The position numbers and the translations under genes were made by a program. The notes under the pieces were generated by a model that saw nothing but the letters and a program-made list of their open reading frames with translations, made no database searches and had not been told where the DNA came from. Below are positions 13,831-28,423 of a DNA stretch of 64,000 nucleotides, in pieces (the first letter of the stretch is position 1; each line of letters begins with the position of its first letter). This DNA is from Antedon mediterranea (taxonomy: Eukaryota; Animalia; Echinodermata), in the NCBI RefSeq assembly GCF_964355755.1, contig NC_092672.1, forward strand, positions 11,842,001 through 11,906,000, read 5' to 3'.

Positions 13831-14327
13831 ATTAAACTTTTTTTAAGAGGGTGACTCAAAACAGCCGAGTCTGACATGCATGAGGCCCTCAACACTTAAA
13901 AAACAGTAACGATGCAAATACGAAACACAAGAAAGAGAATAACAAAACAAGGGGACAAAATAGACTAATAAAATGTATAAATTCAAAGGCAAATTACTGA
14001 TAAAATGAAATGCTGTAAATATATGAACATTTCGAAACCTCAAGGTTAGTGTATATAGCCATAACAGATTTAGGGGTGAGATAGTTTTTTAGTCGAAAAA
14101 TATTAAATAATGTTGAGTTTCAGATCCCGATGGGTATTGCATTCAGCAAAGACATACCTTAGGCCTATATAGAAAACTGTCCCTGAATGTTACAAGACGT
14201 GGAAAAGGAACAATGAAGTAACCTTTTTGGATTCGGTAGCTGTCACTAACTGTCAGTCATATAGAAACGAGTCAGCTTATGTTTATGTTATGTTGTGTAA
14301 TGTAATATACACACAGGTATACGCTTA

Positions 14328-14768
14328 AAGATGTATTGTCTCTTGAAACACAAAAAAATGAAGGTCAAAATATTCTAAATTTAAATTGGCCATATCAAAG
14401 TAATATTAAAGTTATTCACTTTAGGTAAAAAAAACGAGCCAACAACAAGTTTACGTAATTAACAGGTAAATTAATGTGTTTACATTACATGATGCTAATT
14501 ACAACTCGTCTCAAGTTTTATGATTATGCATACAGAGTAGCCAAACAAGCGCGTTGCATTATTAGACTAATTTTTGGTGAAAGTTAATAACTAGATACTT
14601 CAAAATGACCCACTTTTTTTCGAAATCTTTATTTTTAATTTGTTTGGAATTAGTCTTTAACTTTTATGGTCCTATATTTGGACTTACATTGCAGCCTAAT
14701 CTAAAAATAAACTTATGAAAGAGTGAAGTTTTTTAATTCTTCATGGAGGAAGCACAGTATATTTCTAA
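14328..14768. mobile_element. Degenerate copy of the aagatgtattgtc TIR element
   Basis: Left TIR follows ttaa; internal gttattcactt..gtaaaaaaa is shared with 21481. Confidence 0.5.
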
Positions 14769-15778
14769 TTGTGTCGTGCAATTTCAATAACTGCGCAAAT
14801 TGTTTGCGGCATATATTTTAAGGGCCTGCAACAATTGGTCTGAGACAGGTTAAACCTTTATTTATATTACGGCACTATGTCTTCTTTTTACAAATAGTAA
14901 TTTTTATATTATATATTCTATATGTAATGTCTTATTCAATGTTTATTGTTTTCATACAGAATGAGAGGTCGTTGGCAAGAGAGCGACGACTGACCAAAAC
15001 CGATGGTATAAAAGAGCATGTGCCAAATAGCAAATCAGACAATAACCATCGAAACAATAACTACCAGGGCATTATATCATTGACCTATAATAGGTCTATA
15101 GTTGGAGGTTTGTGTGACAATGCAAAGGAGTCTTTGCAGTATATGTTTGTATATCTTTCTTATTTTGGATTAAACTAATATATTATCTACCTTAACATCG
15201 TAAAGTAACATTGTACGTAACATCGTAATATTTTATAAAGTCAAATTTATTAAACATTAAAAGTACATACATTAATAGGATATCTCAATATAGTAATCAA
15301 AACTTATAAGTATAAATTTACTTCAACTTAAAGTGATCGTGTTAACAGAGAGGGTATCTGATCAAAGAGGTCGAAAACCCACCCTCTCCGTTCTCAAAAT
15401 AGAATTGTGTTCCCAACCCAATTCTTGATTATTTTACATGAAAATGATTTAAGATTGTTTCATATCTCCCAATCAATTTGGTTCGTCATATATGAGTGAA
15501 TGTTCAGAATTGTTTGTTCACATAGTTATATATTAAATTAATTTAATCAAAACAGAACGGATGATAAAAATAAAAAAGATATTTAAATTATTACTGCCAG
15601 TGGAGATTCACTGCCAACACCCTACTGAATTGAATTTCCAAAGAAATCAAAGGCGTGTAATATGAAGTAACAAAATGTAATCCCATTCTATTGTAAAGAT
15701 TGATATAAAAAAAAACAAGACAACACCTGACATTGTCATACACCCACCGAACTCTATAACAATAGCACAGCCCATGAT

Positions 15779-15824
15779 GGGTGGGTATTGTCCTAGTGGT
15801 TATTGTCCTGGTGGGTATTGTCCT
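15779..15824. repeat. 15-bp unit (ggtgggtattgtcct) x3
   Basis: Read directly. Confidence 0.8.
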
Positions 15825-17274
15825 CAGTCTAAATTTAACAACACGGATAAATTATTATTATTCTATATTCAGGCAAAATATACATTTTACAAATTAAGCA
15901 AATACGACACAAGAAGAAAATATAAAGTTATAGTAGGCCTACTAGCTGCCAGGAGAAAGCACAGAAGCAGCCTAAGCTATTGTCACCAATTAAGTGTGTA
16001 CCTCCAACCAGTAGCTAAGTATATTTATGGCTTTGGAATTAAAGCATCAGATGCGTAAGCGTTAATTAATGAAAATTAAGTTATGACAGAACTGTTTGCA
16101 ATTATAATCTATCTCTATTGATTTATTAAGATAAAAGTCGGCTTGTCTGTATATGTTAGTATTGATACCCACTAAATCTCATAATGCAATAGTTGGCCTA
16201 TCAGGTTTAATCCCAAAAGTATTTCCTAAGTAAAAGATGTCCTTTATTAACCACTTTCACACCTTAAATTGCAATTGTTTGAAGTGTGGTTAAAGTTATA
16301 ATAACATTCATCAATAATTGTACATAGGCCTACATTATATTTATTTTAATATGAATACTATATAAAAATGTTATAATATAACCCTTAAATCTTCTGATTT
16401 ATCATGATCGATCAGTTATTCTGTCACTCCATATGAACAAATTTGATGATTTATCAGGGGTTCGGATGTAGAAAATGTAAAGATTTACCTTTGGTATTCT
16501 ATAGATGACATAATATGGCGAGTGATTGTAATCTCGGATTGATTACCTCACTTTCATTTTGAATATAATCCCCACAGGCGGGAATTACGGCATCTGTATT
16601 ATTGATAAAAAAATTAATAACAATACCATGCGTAATTTGAAATAAACCATGCACGACATCAATCAAATACCAAATCGCTGTTGTCAAAATATTTAATAAT
16701 GATTTTACAGTGTGGAAAAATTCGAATGTACGGTTAGCAATCTCGCTGTGAAACGCCATTAGTGTATGTTACCTTAACGTTATAAAATCACAGATGTTGA
16801 TGATTTTAAGTAAGACATGATCACATTCATAATATCAATGTTAACAATCATAACTAACTATAAAGATGGAAACAGAACAATTCAATTCGTCGCACGCAAT
16901 CAAGCAATGCCGACAATTAGAAATGCCATAATTTCATAACATAGGACAGAACATGAATTTGAAATATGCTTACCAGGAAGCCGCCAATTTACGTTGTTAA
17001 TTATTACAATACAAAGTTCATACTCATGAAGATATGTTTATTAATCAAAACTGAACTCATATAAACTCATGATTGATACAACGCAATCTTATAAACGATA
17101 TAATTATATATAGTGTAGGGCCTAGCCATAAATAGTGAAACATAACGGTCCTAATCATTGGTTTTCGCTTTGATATTTGCTTTTTACATTTATTTTTGTT
17201 GGTGTTTTCCTTTGAGCACGGTCTTACTGAAAAACAACTTTTAGTTGAGTTAAGTATCCGTGATTAAATAAAGC

Positions 17275-17306
<32 letters not shown>
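17275..17306. repeat. (TTA)n microsatellite
   Basis: Read directly. Confidence 0.9.
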
Positions 17307-17352
17307 TCGCTAGAAACTCAACTCAGAGACGTACGTAAGCGCAATTTAGATA

Positions 17353-17390
17353 ATTAGACCAGGGAGTTGTTATTAACTCCCTGATTAGAC
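17353..17390. mobile_element. 24-bp transposon footprint with 7-bp target-site duplication, inside a MITE
   Basis: attagac|cagggagtt-gttatt-aactccctg|attagac. The related MITE at about 10000 lacks the insert. Confidence 0.65.
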
Positions 17391-17793
17391 CAATCAAAAG
17401 CGATGGACCATCCGAACAGTCGCCTGTGATTGGTCAACTCGCTTATGTTGCGCGTGCATCATTGCGTTGTGAAAAGTGAGAACAAAACATTAGAGTTAGG
17501 TAAGTGCAGTACATAACCTAGTTTGTGTTGTAGATAGTTGTCATTCAAATCAACTAACATTTGGGCTAGTAGTTAGTTTCTCAAGCAGACTTAAGCTCAT
17601 GACGCCAATCTCCAGCAATGATAATGTGGCTAAGATACTGTTATCAAATTAATGTCAAATTGTTTCCATTTATTAAGCTAGTCTAGATAATTGTATTGTT
17701 CGTGTTTTTTAGGGCTATTAATAATAAACATACATCAGCAACGCACAAGATAGGAATATAAAACACACAATATACAAATTAACAAAATATCAA

Positions 17794-17938
17794 CTAGGCA
17801 TTATTAAAATGAGGGAATGCTTTAACCTTTTTCCAGCAGTTTGGAGTATTGGAGAGCCACTTTGATAGTGCTTGCACTGTTGGCAATCCACAGGGTACTC
17901 CATCCACACTTCGTTTGTTAATGTTGTTGTCTGTATAC
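17794..17938 (-). other. Candidate terminal exon of a minus-strand transcript (YTDNNINKRSVDGVPCGLPTVQALSKWLSNTPNCWKKVKAFPHFNNA*)
   Basis: Long pyrimidine tract plus ttccag acceptor, GC-richer open frame, AATAAA on the minus strand at 17669-17674. No recognised homology. Confidence 0.25.
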
Positions 17939-19206
17939 CTGGAAATTGAATAAATAAATAAAATAAATAAATATTCATTTTTCTCCAAATAAAATAAGAA
18001 TAGCAACAATAACAATAATAATATTTATTCTGTTTCTTCTAGAGATAGCCTCCTAAAATCTGCTAGCCGACAGAAACAATTTGAGCGCTTTTTCAAATAA
18101 TGGGATTGAACGTCCGAGATCCTATAGCGCTCATAAATGATATTGGTAATATACGGTGTTTATGACTCATTGTCATAAAGAATGCTCGGCTTTATTTGTT
18201 TTTATAAAACATTTGTATATTGTATTTTCGACTGCAATGCAAAAATAGCAAATAATATTAAATAACAGTATGCTGAATATAATGATAGCTTTAATCATTT
18301 TCTTATGACCGTTATAATTATCTGAAACTCTTATTGCGGGCGTTCTAAACATTGAATTGTTTTCCGTTTTGTTCTGTGTATTGTCTTGCTTGTGTGTATT
18401 AATTGGAATGTATCTATCCATTTTTTAAATTATGCATATATACAATAACCAAAACCGTTTTGACTGATTTAAAACAACATGAACGCTTTATGAAATTTAA
18501 AAAAGGATAATGAATATAAAAAACATTGAAAGTATCATTAAAACATGGAAAGATTTATAGGCCTATGCATTTTTGTTGATAATATTAATTCATTAGTGGG
18601 AATCGTCATTTCCCTTTTTAATAATAGTTTAGTTAATATTACATAAACAATGGTATGGTTTTTATATCTCAGCACATGTTTGATGTCTTCTTTCTAAAGG
18701 AAGCTTGTAGAAAATCCAGCAATTGTAAAGAATACTACGCAATCAGTGGTAAAGTGCTTTTGATATTAACGTAGTTATATTTGTTGCCGTAGATAATGTT
18801 GTTAATGGATGTAACGTTAACCCTAACTATCCCAAGTGTGTTTGTATTTATTAATCCTCATGTTATCAGTGTTTTCATCTAATTTCGTTCTGCTTGATTA
18901 GAAGTCCAGCTAACTACTGTGACATGGACCGTAACACGTTTTCGGAAAAGAACTAAATGGATTAAGTTTAAATACAAACATAAAAATAAAAACCCAAACA
19001 AGTTATATCTGTAATTGCCACACATTTGTTTATTTATATATTTATTTATTAAAACATATTGAGGCAGGATAACATAATTCAGAAACGAAAAGATCACAAA
19101 CTTTCTGTTTGTCAATATGGTCCTGCAATGAAACAACAGTAAACAAATAAATAGAACAAATATAACATCACATTGCTAACATGAATCGATCACAATTGTG
19201 TCGATA

Positions 19207-19341
19207 AAGCTCTGTCTACACTATCAAACTGTATAATGAAAAAAAAATGTGATGTCCCCATATATGGACATATTGATGTCATACCACTACAATATTTGGG
19301 CACATCACACTTGTTTTGTCGAACTAGTTTGATAGTGTAGA
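19207..19341. mobile_element. Second copy of the gctctgtctacact MITE (right TIR truncated)
   Basis: Collinear with 981-1129 (ctatcaaact, tgtgatgt, tttgggc, tttgtc.aact, tagtgtag). Confidence 0.7.
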
Positions 19342-21396
19342 GTTTAAGTTATGTTTTAATACTATGAGTTTCACAACTAATACCCTATTCTAACATACAC
19401 ACATTTTACAAAATGGTGTAACACACTTCTATAGTAAATACGTATGAAATATAGAATCTCGAAACAATACGGTGGTAATCTCGGTGAGGCCTGTACATAG
19501 CAATATTGGCGCATAAGTACGTGCGTATCTACTGACTTGTTTTTACATGACGTTTATACCATGGCAGGCAGATAACACGGGAGATTCATGTAACAATTTG
19601 TTACAATTGAGGGGCACGTGTAAGTCTGGAATATGTGAAAAATATTAATACAATGTGAAAAGGCACTGCAATTGTTTCAGAAGAAATTCTGTGTATGAAA
19701 GTTGTCTATTGAAACAACATACGTAATATTTAGAAAATAATTTACTAAAATGTAGTATAGCATAATGTTAAATATAGCAGGTGTTGGATTTCTTAAACTG
19801 TTCCTTCTAGGCAAAGTATGATCATTATTCATTAGTATAATACATCTTTGGTACTTGACTTATAAACTCCGGGTAATTTTCACCTGTACACACTTTTACA
19901 ATCCTATAAATCATGTTTAGAACTATAGTCTGGTTAATATGCTATAGATTATAGCAATACAGATTATGTTTATTACGATCAATCGTTTTTATTATTTTTT
20001 GACATTTCGAAGGTTATATTTCATATAATTCGAAGAATTACAATATATAAAACAATATATCACTTTACGGATTACGGTACAGTTTTATAATTATCTCAGT
20101 ACCTTCCATTGAGATGATAAAGAAATGTGGGATAATGTATATAGATATTTTATTGTTAAGGATAATATGTTATACATTTTTTTAGTAAAAATGTTCAAGG
20201 ACTGGTTTGATTTTTGTTAGACAATTGTCATAATGCCGATGGCGCTTCAAATGAACGATGCTACTTGCACTTTGTACTGGTAAATCAACCAATAATATTG
20301 TTTTTTCCAACATAATCGGGAAAAATAATGCAAAGCTAATAATTCTGATATTATGTTGAATTTAATGGTTTATATAACGCCTAAATAGATTCCTGTTATT
20401 TGATTGGACGATTGCGTGTTACATGATAAGTAAATGTCATATCAATCGCTCCAGGTATCGCGGCGGTGTATTCCAATTTTTACCCGCTGAAGACCCTTAA
20501 CAATTAACACCATAAAAACAATGATTTCTAATAAAGCAGAGCTAAACAAAAGGAACAGAGAACACAATGACAAACATTGTTATTTAGTATTAGGGCTGGT
20601 ATTTATGAACCATCATTAAAAGGGCCATATTTGTTTACTATTGCTACAATTTAAGGTTGTTGTTGTTGTTTATTAAAATTACATGATATAAAATGAAATA
20701 ATTTGAAGAAGCACCATGGTTTTAAAGAAAATTTGCACTATGACATTTGCAATCTTAGTCTGATTTTATCGTAACCGAAGTTAAATTGATTTGTATATTT
20801 TTAGAAAAATACATTCTCAGTAAATCTGCCTGGATCTGTACTTTTAGGCATAATTATTGATGTACGGATAAAAATATTATGCGGTAACTAATACACATCG
20901 AGGTAAACATTAAGTTTTAAGAGCATTGAGTAGATATTGTAAATGTTAGTAATTGTGAAATTTCACGCCCTCTGTAATTAACATTTTAAGCATAGAGCAC
21001 TTAAGTGCAGTGCGTATCCAGGCAATCCATCACTACAACGCATACGTCATTCATCCAGGTCAATGTTATTGCTTGCAGACTCTATTTGCTTTGTAAATGA
21101 CGAATATGTTTTACGTCACCCATCCAGGCCAGTGTTATTACTTACGAGCTTTAAATAAATCAAAATATGTACGATGGGACAATTTAGCAGAAAATTCGAG
21201 AAAAAAAATTCGATAGTTCGTCTCGTCCAGACCATTCATGTTAGAACAGATGTTGACATGTGCATTTGGCAGATTGACAAGAAAACACACGGTATTCAGA
21301 AATTATTCTAATCGTAGGCCTATAGAAGATAGAGGACGTCATTTGTGTAGCAGTAGGCCTATAGGCCTAGTTGGTTAACGAAGTTTTAGAAATGTT

Positions 21397-21696
21397 TAAA
21401 GATATTTGGTTCCCCCGAAAAAAAAAAACAATAAAACAATACATTTTTTGTTAAATATGCCATTTTAATATCATATGATAGTTATTCACTTTGGTTAAAA
21501 AAATGTCTACCTGAAAAAATGATAAATAATTATTTCAATGGCTTTTCGGTGGGTTATTTTATTATAAGTAAAAACATCTCGGAACTTTTAATTGTTTTTC
21601 TACTTATGTGATTACTTTAACTACAAAATGACATATTAATTATTTTTGTATTATTAATCTTCATTTTTCATGTTTGTTGGGGTCAATACATCTTAA
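21397..21696. mobile_element. Degenerate copy of the aagatgtattgtc TIR element
   Basis: Right end ggggtcaatacatcttaa; internal match to 14411. Confidence 0.5.
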
Positions 21697-23154
21697 ACCA
21701 TTATGCCTACTCTGGGTATCTTTTTCCCCCAGAAAATATTCTAAATTTACAAAAATAAAGTATTATGGAGTCATTTTTTGTGAATCTCCTATCTTATAAC
21801 ATTGCAAGAAAGTCATAGCACCACTTAAAAAATATTGTTTCACGAACGATCGTTCTTTTTTTACAACTAAAGAAGACTAACTAGAGTATCATCGATGCTG
21901 TTCCAATGATTTATAAAAAAAAAGAAAATGTTAAACCACGAATCTCTAGCCTTTAATGTTTTCTTCTTACTCTACCGAACAGATTATTACATACATTGCA
22001 TGCAGAACTCGTTTATTCTGGTTCGTATACTCCAGCGGAAAAGAAGACATATTTTGGTTGTTATTGCTAAAGAATCTTTAAGATGTGGATTGTAGCTCAA
22101 GATTACTGATACACGTACATTAAGGCCTACACTAATCTTCATAATACTTTATTTATTGCAGTCACGATTATGTAAAAGAAACAACCGGTTTGTTTGTATA
22201 ACCCAGAAAATGGATTGATCATTGCAGTGAGATAAATTACTCATTACACCGCTTAGTTTTACAATTTAGTTTTTCAAATAATTCATATTTCTGTCAAATA
22301 TAAACCATTCGTAATACAGTTGTTATATCTATTTTGTTTTAATAATTAAACATTGGTTTATGTATAATTGAGTTGATAATACAAAGGCAAGGAATACGTA
22401 TTAGGCCTACTTTAATTATTAACTAGTAGAATATTGACTGAATGTAAATATACTAAATTAGATACATGTATTAAAACATGCTTACGGTATCGTATGATTA
22501 TGATACAGAATGATGATGCAAATATATGTAATTGAGAAACAGATTAATATATGCCAACATGAGGTCAATGCAGAGGACAGATCAACATAAATGCATAACT
22601 ACGTTGTATAATTGTACCTTACCATTGTTAAGAAAGCAAATCATGATTTACCACGTACAATTGCATATATACCAGAAGTTCTAACCCGCACATGTATTCT
22701 CGTGAGAAGATACATCGTAATTCCAGTTTCTAAACCTGTGATGTATGGAGAGAAATCATCGTAATTAAGATACCTCTTCACAGCACTGTAGAGAACTGAT
22801 AACTACCTAATCATCTACCCACGGGAAAACTTTCTATAGCAATTCTATTTTTGAAAGAGGAAACAGGGACAAATTAGTTCATAAACCAGATCACAAAGGA
22901 AAGACACAGTACAACTTTAATTACAAAGATGATGAAATAATAATAATAACCGAAATATGTTTCTTTTATAGAAAACAAGATGTGATTGTGTATTACTTTA
23001 TACCAAATGAATATTTTTGTATGATATTTTCACCCTTCACATTACTATCAATGAAACTCACAAAAGCTTAACTGATCTAAATGGTTGACTACTTAAGACT
23101 ATTTTAATTTGTATACGCCATTTCTAGGGCAATCTACAATCCTTGCGACACAGT

Positions 23155-23245
23155 AAGGCCATATACATGGCTGCAGTCGCCTGCTTAAATTAGTGTTTAC
23201 CGACCGACCGACCAACCGACCGACATAGTGAGCTGTAGACTAAAA
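23155..23245 (+). mobile_element. Short copy of the same HINE-like family
   Basis: aaggccatatacatggctgcagtcgc...(accg)n catagtgagctgtagactaaaa. Confidence 0.6.
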
Positions 23246-23499
23246 ACATTAAAACTGCGCTAGAAAAAAGAAAAAACTATCTTCCATATAGGTAAACATT
23301 CAACATTTACATAATAAACTGTATTGGCTCATACTTCAATTTGAATTAAATGTCTCCTGTAGCATTTTGAAAACACTAACATCAGATCATCATCGAAAAT
23401 TGTGCATACCCCACAAAATAACACACACACAGGTTGGGTTTACAGTACATGCAAAAGATGTGATACCTAACTACACATTGTTCGTATATACTTTCAAAC

Positions 23500-24525
23500 A
23501 AATATATAATAAAAATTAGCCAGTTTAGAGGAAAACAATAGGCCTAATTAAAACATGCCTATTTCGAATATATACTACGGTTTGTTTTGTGGTTCTCTAT
23601 ATTATTAGTACAGTAGTTTATATGACAAAAAAAAATGGAGAGGGCAGTAGACAAGAATATATGAATATCAAATAATGATCTAATAGCATTAATTTAGACA
23701 TCTAAAATAATGTTCTTACCGTGAAATCCTTAGAGTAAAACCATTAGACTGGGCTAGATATTCTAAATAGACAGAATGACAATCTATCTAGTTTAAGTTT
23801 TCTATGGGCCTTTGCTTTATTCATTTATATTTGTTTAGAACAGAGATTCAGTGACACTGTCCATTGTAAAATTAACAAACCTAAAAAGTAAATCCTAAAA
23901 TAAAGGTCAATACACGCACAATCTGGAAGTAATTGATGCTTTGTAGTTAGATTAAACCTTCGTAATACATCTGCTTTTCTAAAAACCGGTTATATGTTTT
24001 TTTTTGTCTGTATTATTAGCACTGTTGGTATAATAATAGTACGGTAGTTCATATGACGTAAAGTGGAGGGCGGTAGACAAGAATATATGAATATCAAATA
24101 ATGGTCCAATAACATGCTATCACTTCTGTATATTATAATTTGAAAAAAAAAAACATGTATGATAAAAATTAGCCTCTGTGTAGAAGAAAACGAGAATTAA
24201 AACACGCCTGTTTGGATATTTCATATGTTTTTTTGTTGTTGTTGTTGTCTGTGGTTCTTTAATATTATCACTGTTGGTGTAAGGTACCATAGTTCGTAAG
24301 CTGTAAAAAGGGAGGGCGATAAACGAGAATTATGAATATAAAAAATAATGATTAAATGACATATTATATATATATCTATAATAAACTTTGCCTGTGTAAA
24401 AGAAAACGAGATTTGAAAGACATATATTTGGATATTTCATGTGTTTTATTTATTTCTGCATTATCAGCACACTGTTGGTACAGTACCGTATTCGTGTGAC
24501 GTAAAAAGGAGGGCAGTAGACTAGA
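23500..24525. repeat. Degenerate tandem repeat (about 4 units containing ggagggc.gtagac.agaa.atatgaatat)
   Basis: Motif recurs near 23637, 24065, 24311 and 24508. Confidence 0.7.
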
Positions 24526-25599
24526 AAGTACAACTATTTACCATTTAAATTTACTCTATATTAAGAAATGTATTCATTTTGGTTTGATTCAATTTACATT
24601 TTGAGCAAATTGTTTCTTTTATTAAATTTTAATTCAGTACACACAATTTCTATGTTTCTTTTTTTTTGGTTTGACCTTATATTACATCCATTACAAATAT
24701 ATACACCAATACACACATTAATAAACCTATTTACCTTCACCAACCAGTTTACATAGTTTCTATATTATTATATGCTACATTTTATGTTTTGGTCGTGAGG
24801 TGGTTTCCCGAATGATCGTAACATCAAAACGGTACTGGGTATGACCAACTAGCGTTATTGTCACCAACTAGTCATCCATTCATAGAAGTACTGATGTAGT
24901 AGCCTATCTGTATGGTGACCATAGGATGTGATCCGAGACATGACTAACTACGACTTTTAGTTGATAGAAGATTGAAAACATTTTGTTAAGAAGAGTTGTA
25001 ATGTATGTGGATGTTTATTGACATTATGTAAATAATGTTTACACACTAGGCATATAAATAGTAATGTTTGTTAGTAAAAATAATTTTGAGTTAATAAGAA
25101 TAAGATATAACTTCAAAAAGACTATGGAGCGGCTATTCCTGAATATACAATACTAAGTATCGTAGTTTTAAATTATAAATTTTAGGCGATCTTGTCAAAG
25201 GTCAAGCGCCTATAGCCTGCCACGTTTCGATATTCCACTATTTCTAAACCTTAAAATTCTGTTCTTACTGTGTTGGCCATTATTCATTTGTTTGATTACT
25301 TATATGTTTGACCGTGTGTTTCAGTCTATGTTTTACCCTAATACATATATTTCTATCATATCTTGGTTTTAGTATAGTGTTTGTTTGTCTAATTTTATGA
25401 TGTAATGGCCTTATTTTAGATATGATGCCTGATGAATAAATAGTAACATAAAACAACCAATTTTGCCATTAAACCAGAATCATAAATGAAATTGACTGCC
25501 GATGACACGATGTGACCCTTAGGGGAGAAGAATGTTGTTGGAAAGACTAACATCTAAGTCCACAGCGCATTTGATCACTAATTGTTGCTGGAATTGGCG

Positions 25600-26230
25600 G
25601 AATTGCATTAATCATATTTAAATAAAATTCAGGCATAATTTGTAATTGTTTATGCTCTTCAAAATTAAGCTTACTTATCTCTAATGTACTTTCTATAGGG
25701 TACATGTAATATTTTGAATACATTTCTACTTACATGGGTCTGGGCTATGTAATCTCTTAACCCAGTTTAGCTTTACGAGTTCACAACTACGTAAACATCA
25801 ATCAAATTACTAACACCTCCCTCTTCTATTTTATTTATAAGTGTTTTCCTCTTAATCTTTTCTTTTTTATTTCCCCATAGGAATCTATACAGTAACTTTT
25901 CAACCATTAAAAATATATGTTTTGGAACATCGGTAATACTAGCATTGTATATTAATTTTGAAATTTGTAGACTTTTAATTATGATCATTTTTCCAAAGAA
26001 GGTAAGATGACGTTTTTCCCATAGCCTTAAATCCATAATTTTATCATCCCAGTTTTTTTTACAAAAACCTTTGTTACAGCCAACATAAATTCCGAGAAAT
26101 TTCACTGGCTCTTTCGTCCAAATGATACCAAGAGGGATGTCTAGGTTATTCTGAATTGATCCAATCCAGATTCCTTTACATTTTCCTTTATTTAGATTTA
26201 ACCCCGAAATATTACAAAATGCATTGATAT
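25600..26230 (-). mobile_element. Truncated non-LTR retrotransposon relic (L1/Tx1-like ORF2, C-terminal RT/thumb region)
   Basis: The minus strand translates FCNISGLNLNKGKC.GIWIG...KFLGI...W..R.LT..GK..IIKS...SKLIY...FLWG.K..KIKRKTL....EEGG, then KLNWVKRL after a stop. These are typical L1/Tx1 motifs. Left boundary approximate. Confidence 0.85.
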
Positions 26231-27464
26231 AAAGTAAAACATTATTCTATAGGCCTAATATGAATATCTAATAATGATCCAATAACATTCTGTCACATTT
26301 AAAAAATCCAAGAAATATTCAACGAATACAAACGATTTATTATTTGTTTTATAAAGCATTTCAAATTCAATTCAAATTAAAACAAAACATTTTTTTTATT
26401 GTCTAATAATCATAAAACATTAAAATTGGAAATTTGTGTTTTGACGTACTACTACTAGACACACAAAAGTACGGAAAAACACAATATATATAAAATATAA
26501 TTTACAAAAAAAAATTATGTTAACAGTGGAATATCATGGGCTTATAGACCCTATTAGCTAGGCGAGACAGTTAACCATAAGAACAATCGATTGCGATAGA
26601 AACTGAGCTAATTCTACCAACGATTCCATTACTAAATCAAAATAATAGTATAAAAACAATTTACATGTAAGTAAAGTGCTTTTTGTGTATTGACTGTTAA
26701 TTTACACCATATGTGACTGCAGTATATTTTATATTCGTTATCAAGTGACATTTTGAATGTTATTGTTTTTAGAAAAATTATAAGCAAATAGGCGGCGCCA
26801 TACGAATTTGGCTGTGAGAGAGGATGCGCTTTTCTTCATCACAGCCGACCTGAGACGTGTTTTTATAATTGTTACATATCTGAATAAAACGTTTGTTAAA
26901 TTACAATAAGGCATGCGATACAGTGGCATTCGGACTTGGCTTGGAGTAGATTGGAGCAATTATTTCTGATCCCGAACAGCGGGGTCGAAGACACAACATA
27001 CGCCAGGCTGTAGCCCGAGAACGTCGGATCTCAAAATGTGTTAACAATGCCCGTCATACATACATAATAAGATCATGAAAAGCACAACAAAGTACAAACG
27101 TATTTGGATTGAGAATATCTAAATAGAAAATTAAAACTGTCAGGAGTTGGAAGTTTTACAGCATGAATGAAGAGAAAAAAAGCGCCGATTAATAGTTTTT
27201 TTTTACAACTATTTGATGTTTTATTTGGTCAATAAGAATATTAAAAAAAAAAATCTTACATTTTCCATGTTTATATACAGTCCAATTTATACCAAATATA
27301 CCTTACAATACTAATTCTCATAGAGATAACCAAGCTGTCATCTATTAGGTATATCGGTGGCGCTATTTATTTTAAAATGTTTCAATAGATGTTCAATATT
27401 ATATATAATATATACCATAAATCGTCTAATTGTAACTCTGGGTTATTATTTTTGTATTGTGTTT

Positions 27465-27617
27465 TAGAGTGGGTTACTATAAGAAGAGAGGTTACTATTA
27501 GAGTAGTGGGTTATTATTATATATTGACTTATACGGGGGGTTACTATTAGAAGGGGGGGGGGGGGGTTACTATTAGAAGGGGGGTTACTATTAGAGTGTG
27601 GGTTACTATTATAAGAT
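27465..27617. repeat. Minisatellite (gggttactattaga)n with poly-G
   Basis: About 7 imperfect units read directly. Confidence 0.85.
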
Positions 27618-27742
27618 TTACGGTAGATGTTTTAATATTACGTTTGTTAGGGATTTCTTTTTGATGATAACTGCGATTTCATTTCTATACTAAACGTTTC
27701 AATTCGCTTAGAAATCATGAACGACGTCATAAGCCATGTTTA

Positions 27743-28423
27743 AAACAAGGCCATAGATGGCTGCAGTCGCGTGCTCAAGTTAGTGTTTGCCGACCAACCG
27801 ACCGACTAACTGACCGACCAACCGACCGAAATTGCTGAACATGTTTAAAAATGTTGAAAATGTTGAAAAAACATTTTTAATTTACACGTGCGTAGGCTGT
27901 CACTTTTGACGTGCTCGTATAACGTAATTTCGAGTTGAAAAGTGGATCAAATATGATGATATTACTAAAGAAAGTTTGTAAAACAGAAATCGGGCAAAAA
28001 TAGTGCACATTAACATTTAACGCGCAGTGCGCGTGCAAAAATCTGCGCACTCATGGCCATTTTTTAAACACTTAAAATTGCCTGAAACGTTGTCTTTTTT
28101 CATCGAAAAAAAATGGAAAATTTTAAGCGCGCGTACGCATGCGTTACATGTGCTACGCACGTAATTGTTTTGCCATATGATGATTTATGCCATGAAATCT
28201 ATGAGTACCAAATTTTATTTAATTGTGATTCATGCTTGTGAAGATATGATTACAAACGTGATTTTGTTAAATCGTGCGTAGACCGCGTAATTTTTGATTG
28301 CGCACCGTGAAAATATAACTACATCGATTCCTGGTCATAAGGAATATACTGTGAAAAAAGACAACGCCATATACAAGTTAGTGTTTACCGACCGACCGAC
28401 ATAGTGAGCTGTAGAGACTAAAA
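27743..28423 (+). mobile_element. Longer copy of the HINE-like family with a CG-rich interior
   Basis: Same 5' end at 27743 and 3' end (accgac..catagtgagctgtagagactaaaaa) at 28385-28423. Confidence 0.6.

Noticed and set aside
26741-27060. GC-richer segment with a 72-aa minus-strand ORF
   Set aside because: No recognisable protein in the frames examined. It may be a repeat relic or regulatory element and is left unassigned.
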